DNA from: Deltaproteobacteria bacterium HGW-Deltaproteobacteria-6 | GTDB lineage: Bacteria; Desulfobacterota; Syntrophia; Syntrophales; Smithellaceae | NCBI GenBank assembly: GCA_002840435.1 | Contig: PHAT01000002.1 | Span: forward strand, 202,696-266,695 | Direction of reading: 5' to 3' | Length of the DNA: 64,000 nucleotides | Part shown: positions 60,252-64,000 of the stretch, one piece after another | Numbering within the stretch: position 1 is the first letter of the stretch | Layout of the letters: every line of letters begins with the position of its first letter | The notes under the pieces: model-generated | The model's database searches: none | Told to the model about the DNA's origin: nothing | Seen by the model: only the letters and a program-made list of their open reading frames with translations | Program-made: the position numbers and the translations under genes

Positions 60252-60875
60252 ATGAAACAGACGAGATGGGGTTTTTCAACAGTCGTTCTTTTGCTGCTTA
60301 TTTTCACGGCGGGTGAGAGCCTTTGCGCTGAAAAACCGTCGCTTGCCGACGGGCTCTATGCAAAATTAACTACTTCAAAAGGCGATATCCTGATTCAACT
60401 GGAATTTGAGAAGACGCCCTTAACCGTCGTGAACTTTGTCGGCCTGGCCGAAGGCACTATTATGTCGACGCGGGGCAAGGGTGTCCGCTTTTACAATGGA
60501 CTGGCCTTCCATCGCGTCATTCCGGATTTTATGATTCAAGGCGGCGGCACCGGCGGTCCGGGCTATAACTTTCCCGATGAGATTGATGCAACGCTTAAAC
60601 ATGATGCCCCGGGCATCTTATCCATGGCTAACGCGGGTCCCGGCACCAATGGAAGTGAATTTTTTATCACGCACACAAAAACCCCCTGGCTGGACGGCAA
60701 ACATACGGTCTTTGGTCATGTGGTAAGCGGACAGGATGTTGTCGATGCCATCCGGAAGGGGGATACCATCAAAAATATTAATATCATCAGGATAGGCGTC
60801 AAGGCCAATGCGTTCAAAGCGGATCAGGAAACATTTGACACGCTGCTGGCCGGACTGAAACAAAAAAAGCAGTGA
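60252..60875 (+). CDS. Periplasmic cyclophilin-type peptidyl-prolyl cis-trans isomerase
   Basis: 207 aa with a signal peptide and blocks [31 protein letters not shown] and [12 protein letters not shown]. Confidence 0.9.
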   Translation: MKQTRWGFSTVVLLLLIFTAGESLCAEKPSLADGLYAKLTTSKGDILIQLEFEKTPLTVVNFVGLAEGTIMSTRGKGVRFYNGLAFHRVIPDFMIQGGGTGGPGYNFPDEIDATLKHDAPGILSMANAGPGTNGSEFFITHTKTPWLDGKHTVFGHVVSGQDVVDAIRKGDTIKNINIIRIGVKANAFKADQETFDTLLAGLKQKKQ

Positions 60876-60951
60876 CCTGGAAGTGGTATGACAGGATTCC
60901 CGTGTCATGCCGGAGTAAAGCAGTAAAAGTTAAAAAAAGAAGGAATAGAAA

Positions 60952-62589
60952 ATGCCCATTACAGAAATTCTTGCCGCGAACGCCGCCCTCCATGGCGATG
61001 AAATCAGCCTGATTGAGATCAATCCGGAAATCAAAGAGACTGCCGCAAACTGGAAAGATTATGAACTTGTCGAAACCGATCCCGAGAAGCGGTACCGGCG
61101 GGAGATGACCTGGCGTGAATTCGACGACAAAGCCAATCGTTTTGCCAACTTTTTGCTGGGCAGAGGATTGCAGAAAGGCCACAAGGTCGGGATTCTGCTG
61201 ATGAACTGCCTGGAGTGGCTGCCGATTTATTTCGGTATCCTGAAAACCGGCGCCATTGCGGTGCCGCTTAACTACCGCTACACGGAAGATGAAATCAAAT
61301 ACTGTCTCGATCTGGCCGAATGTGACGTTTTGATCTTCGGACCGGAATTTACTGAAAGGGTTGCTGCGATCCGCGAACAGATTCCCAAGGTAAAAATACG
61401 TCTGTTTTTAGGGCAGGACTGCCCCGCGTTTGCGGAAAGTTATTATGCGCTCACCGCGTGCTGTTCCTCCACGGCTCCAAAAATCACGCTTTCCGACGAC
61501 GATGACGCCGCCATTTATTTTTCATCCGGCACCACCGGTTTCCCCAAAGCGATCCTCCATGCACACCGCGCGCTGATGCTGTCCTGTGAAGTCGAAAGGG
61601 AGCACCACAAGCAGACTAGAGAGGACAATTTCCTCTGTATCCCGCCTCTTTATCACACCGGCGCGAAAATGCACTGGTTCGGCAGCTTCCTGGCCTGCAG
61701 CCGCGCCGTTCTGCTCAGAGGCGTCAAGCCGGAATGGATCATCAAAGCGGTTTCCGAAGAGCAGATCACCATCGTCTGGCTGCTGGTTCCCTGGGCGCAG
61801 GATATTCTGGATGCCATCGAACACGGAGATTTAAAACTGGAAAATTACAAGCTGGATCAATGGCGGTTGATGCACATCGGCGCGCAGCCGGTTCCACCCA
61901 GCCTGATCAAACGCTGGAAAAAATGTTTTCCGAAACACGACTACGACACCAATTATGGCCTGTCGGAATCCATTGGCCCCGGCTGCGTCCATCTTGGCAT
62001 CGAAAATATCCATAAAGTCGGCGCCATCGGCAAGGCCGGTTACAAGTGGGAGGTGCGGATCGTGGATGAAAACGGCAGTCCGGTCGCACAGGGCGCCGTG
62101 GGCGAGCTTTGCGTAAAAGGCCCGGGCGTGATGAAATGCTATTACAACAATCCCGAGGCTACCGCCGAATTGCTCAAAGACGGCTGGCTGTATACGGGTG
62201 ATATGGCGCGCATGGATGAAGACGGATTTATCTATCTGGTCGACCGCAAAAAAGACGTCATTATTACGGGCGGCGAGAACATCTATCCCGTGCAGATCGA
62301 GGATTTCCTGCGCACGCACAATGCGATCAAGGATGTGGCGGTGATTGGTCTTCCGGACCATCGTCTGGGTGAGATCGTCGCGGCGATCATTGAACTGAAG
62401 CCGGGATTTTCCTGCTCTGAAGCCGAGATCGCCCAGTTCTGCACCGCGCTGCCGCGCTACAAACGTCCGCGCAGAATCATGTTTGATAAGGTGCCGCGCA
62501 ATCCCACCGGAAAAATTGAAAAGCCGCGGCTCCGCGAAAAGTATTGCGGCGATGAAAGCCTTGTCGAAGCGCAAACCGAAAGCCATTGA
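60952..62589 (+). CDS. AMP-forming acyl-CoA synthetase/ligase
   Basis: 545 aa with IYFSSGTTGFPKAILHAH, NYGLSES, TGDMARMDEDGFIYLVDRKKDVI, and GKIEKPRLRE. Confidence 0.85.
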   Translation: MPITEILAANAALHGDEISLIEINPEIKETAANWKDYELVETDPEKRYRREMTWREFDDKANRFANFLLGRGLQKGHKVGILLMNCLEWLPIYFGILKTGAIAVPLNYRYTEDEIKYCLDLAECDVLIFGPEFTERVAAIREQIPKVKIRLFLGQDCPAFAESYYALTACCSSTAPKITLSDDDDAAIYFSSGTTGFPKAILHAHRALMLSCEVEREHHKQTREDNFLCIPPLYHTGAKMHWFGSFLACSRAVLLRGVKPEWIIKAVSEEQITIVWLLVPWAQDILDAIEHGDLKLENYKLDQWRLMHIGAQPVPPSLIKRWKKCFPKHDYDTNYGLSESIGPGCVHLGIENIHKVGAIGKAGYKWEVRIVDENGSPVAQGAVGELCVKGPGVMKCYYNNPEATAELLKDGWLYTGDMARMDEDGFIYLVDRKKDVIITGGENIYPVQIEDFLRTHNAIKDVAVIGLPDHRLGEIVAAIIELKPGFSCSEAEIAQFCTALPRYKRPRRIMFDKVPRNPTGKIEKPRLREKYCGDESLVEAQTESH

Positions 62590-62937
62590 GCAGAATAATC
62601 CGGAAGGTTTTTCTCCGGCATTCGCGTACCCGACCCGTAATCCTCAGGTTCGATGATGTTGAAAAAACAACCATCGGATGTATCGATCTATCTTTTCTGA
62701 AATCGGTAAAACGCCCGTTTCAAAACTATGCTGATTAATTATTGTATCATTTATATTGAAATTGGTTATATAGACAACACAACCTGTTCCGAACCTGTCC
62801 GCCGGAATGTGAAATAACTGAAATCAAGGCTTTGTTTCCTGCAATAGTCGTGAACGGACAGATGGCAGGGTTAAAAAGATGATTGGCCCCGCCGGCAGGA
62901 ACAGCGTGTAAATTCGGGATCAACCGGAGGTGAAACC

Positions 62938-63279
62938 ATGAATAAACCAATGACGTATAAAGGCTATACCGCAAAGATTGAATACAATGAAGAAAAAGAA
63001 TGTCTTACGGGTTGTATTTCCGACCTTCACCATATCATAACTTTTCAGGGCGCCTCCGTGCAGGAGGTCAGGCAAGCCTTTGAGGAAGCCGTTGACGGTT
63101 ATCTTCATGGTTGCGCCGAAAAAAATGAAGAACCGGAAAAGCCTTCCGACGGCCCTTCAGTTGTACGCATCAGTCCGGCGCTGCATAGTGTGATCGCTTT
63201 AGCCGCCAGGCGCGAAAACAAGACCATCCAGGAATGGCTTGCCGAAGCCCGCAAAAAGCCGGGCGGCAAAGAGAAGTAA
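62938..63279 (+). CDS. hicB: HicB-family antitoxin-like protein (no adjacent HicA found)
   Basis: 113 aa. The N-terminal YKGYTAKIEYNEEKECLTGCISDLHHIITFQGASVQEVRQAFEEAVDGYL is the HicB-like fold. The C-terminal VRISPALHSVIALAARRENKTIQEWL is an RHH-like DNA-binding tail. Confidence 0.7.
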   Translation: MNKPMTYKGYTAKIEYNEEKECLTGCISDLHHIITFQGASVQEVRQAFEEAVDGYLHGCAEKNEEPEKPSDGPSVVRISPALHSVIALAARRENKTIQEWLAEARKKPGGKEK

Positions 63280-63672
63280 GCGTCATCAGGTCCGGGATGA
63301 TGGTTGCCAGGTATTAAAAACGGCGATAATTTGTTCAGTTTTGATCTGTTATTTCTCTCATCCGGTTATCCGGACGGAACTGTTTCGCAAATAAATAATA
63401 TCATTATGTTTTATTCCGTATGGTGAAAAAAATAATTGACAGACAAGATTGGTTTGCATATACATAACCAACCGCAAAGCAAGCTTTTATTGAAATCCTG
63501 TTTCTTCTGACCATCCTCCAGAACCAGATCAGTATGAGATAATAAGAGCCTGGAAAAATATTCCACTCTTGATAAGAGTGTTTACATAGAGGAGCTACGG
63601 GTAGGCAAAGGTAGCCATAACCCAATCTGTGCAAAAGAGTGATTTTACTCTTTTCAACACAAGGAGGTCATT

Positions 63673-64000
63673 ATGACAAGAATAAACCTATTAGTAGCAA
63701 GAGTTGTGCTTTTAGGAGTTTGCATCATGGGTATTTCATCCGTCAGTGTATGGGCGGAAGAAAACAAAATATCAGTGACGGCATACACGTTGAAGGAATG
63801 TTACCATAATAAAGGCAAAACGGCTTCCGGAGAGTTTGTCAGAACCGGGATCGTAGCTGTTTCACCGGACTTGGAACGTCTCGGGCTTAAATTAGGAACC
63901 AGAATCAAAATAAGTGATATGGGAACCTTTATAGTCAAAGACCGGACAAATCGCAGGAATCGTGGTAACATCGACATTTATATGCCTTTATACGAGGAGG
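63673..64000 (+). CDS. 3D-domain (MltA/RlpA-like double-psi beta-barrel) secreted protein; 3' end lies outside the window
   Basis: Not in the ORF track because there is no stop in the window. AAGGAGG lies 6 nt upstream of the ATG at 63673. It has a signal peptide LLGVCIMGISSVSVWA, then VTAYT...GKTASGEFVRTGIVAVSPD...LGTRIKISDMGTFIVKDRT...GNIDIYM, matching the 3D-domain pattern. Confidence 0.65.
   Translation, partial: MTRINLLVARVVLLGVCIMGISSVSVWAEENKISVTAYTLKECYHNKGKTASGEFVRTGIVAVSPDLERLGLKLGTRIKISDMGTFIVKDRTNRRNRGNIDIYMPLYEE

Noticed and set aside
61831-62586. 251-aa minus-strand ORF
   Set aside because: It is antisense to the AMP-forming acyl-CoA synthetase and has no motifs.
62590-62937. 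Degenerate hicA upstream of the HicB-like gene
   Set aside because: All frames were translated by eye. There are only very short ORFs and no HicA-like sequence of the expected GSHxxxxHP-type pattern.
63541-63660. c-di-GMP (GEMM) or c-di-AMP (ydaO) riboswitch before the 3D-domain gene
   Set aside because: GGCAAAGG and GCAAAAG strings are present. However, the conserved GGCAAACC / GACGCAAAGCC cores (GEMM-I) and the GGGGA / GGUAGGG / CCGAAUCC cores (ydaO) could not be aligned. It is kept only as an unclassified structured leader.
1-64000. tRNA, rRNA, transposase, integrase, reverse transcriptase, Cas and phage genes
   Set aside because: I scanned the sequence and the ORF products. There are no T-loop/anticodon-arm candidates, no rRNA-like conserved blocks, and no DDE, tyrosine-recombinase, RT (YxDD) or Cas motifs.

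Overview
This is a 64-kb chromosomal segment at roughly 50-55% GC that is mostly housekeeping. Its gene content looks like an anaerobic Deltaproteobacterium (Desulfobacterota): rubrerythrins, a two-gene SufBC-like Fe-S system, a beta-oxidation cluster and many lipoproteins. This taxon call is inference only.

Recognisable genes:
- Replication, transcription and translation: priA, dksA, comF, rsfS, cca, truA, an ABC-F ATPase and an SRAP/YedK protein.
- Cofactor and amino-acid synthesis: tatD-queC-queE-queD, a TPP-riboswitch-controlled TPK-thiD-thiC operon, and hisC.
- Envelope: an rfaE-type heptose adenylyltransferase, rfbD, a SPOR-NlpC/P60 lipoprotein and a cyclophilin.
- Transport: two Opp/Dpp-type permeases, an Na/Pi cotransporter and a CDF transporter.
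- Lipid metabolism: an acyl-CoA carboxyltransferase, an acyl-CoA dehydrogenase, two AMP-forming ligases and a 3-hydroxyacyl-CoA dehydrogenase.
- Other: an FGGY kinase, rubrerythrin, and a CheY-like/CheX pair.

I found no rRNA, tRNA, CRISPR array, transposase, integrase, reverse transcriptase or phage structural gene.

Observations worth a second look:
1. A secreted single-chain fusion of an S41/PDZ serine protease with an intact caspase-like domain.
2. A lipoprotein TPR-CHAT protein next to an HDOD protein.
3. At least four families of intergenic palindromic repeats. One has arms built from CYGAAGG heptads and sits inside the queC-queE operon.
4. Two AT-rich islets. One carries a relBE-type toxin-antitoxin pair, and both are marked by a shared CTGGTTCAATC hairpin.
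5. A DUF350-DUF1190-ATP-grasp operon of unknown function.
6. A Lys/Ala-rich histone-H1-like gene built from 27-bp tandem repeats.

No complete, obviously novel multi-gene system such as a defence island could be demonstrated from sequence alone. All family calls are by eye from motifs, and start codons may be off by a few codons.
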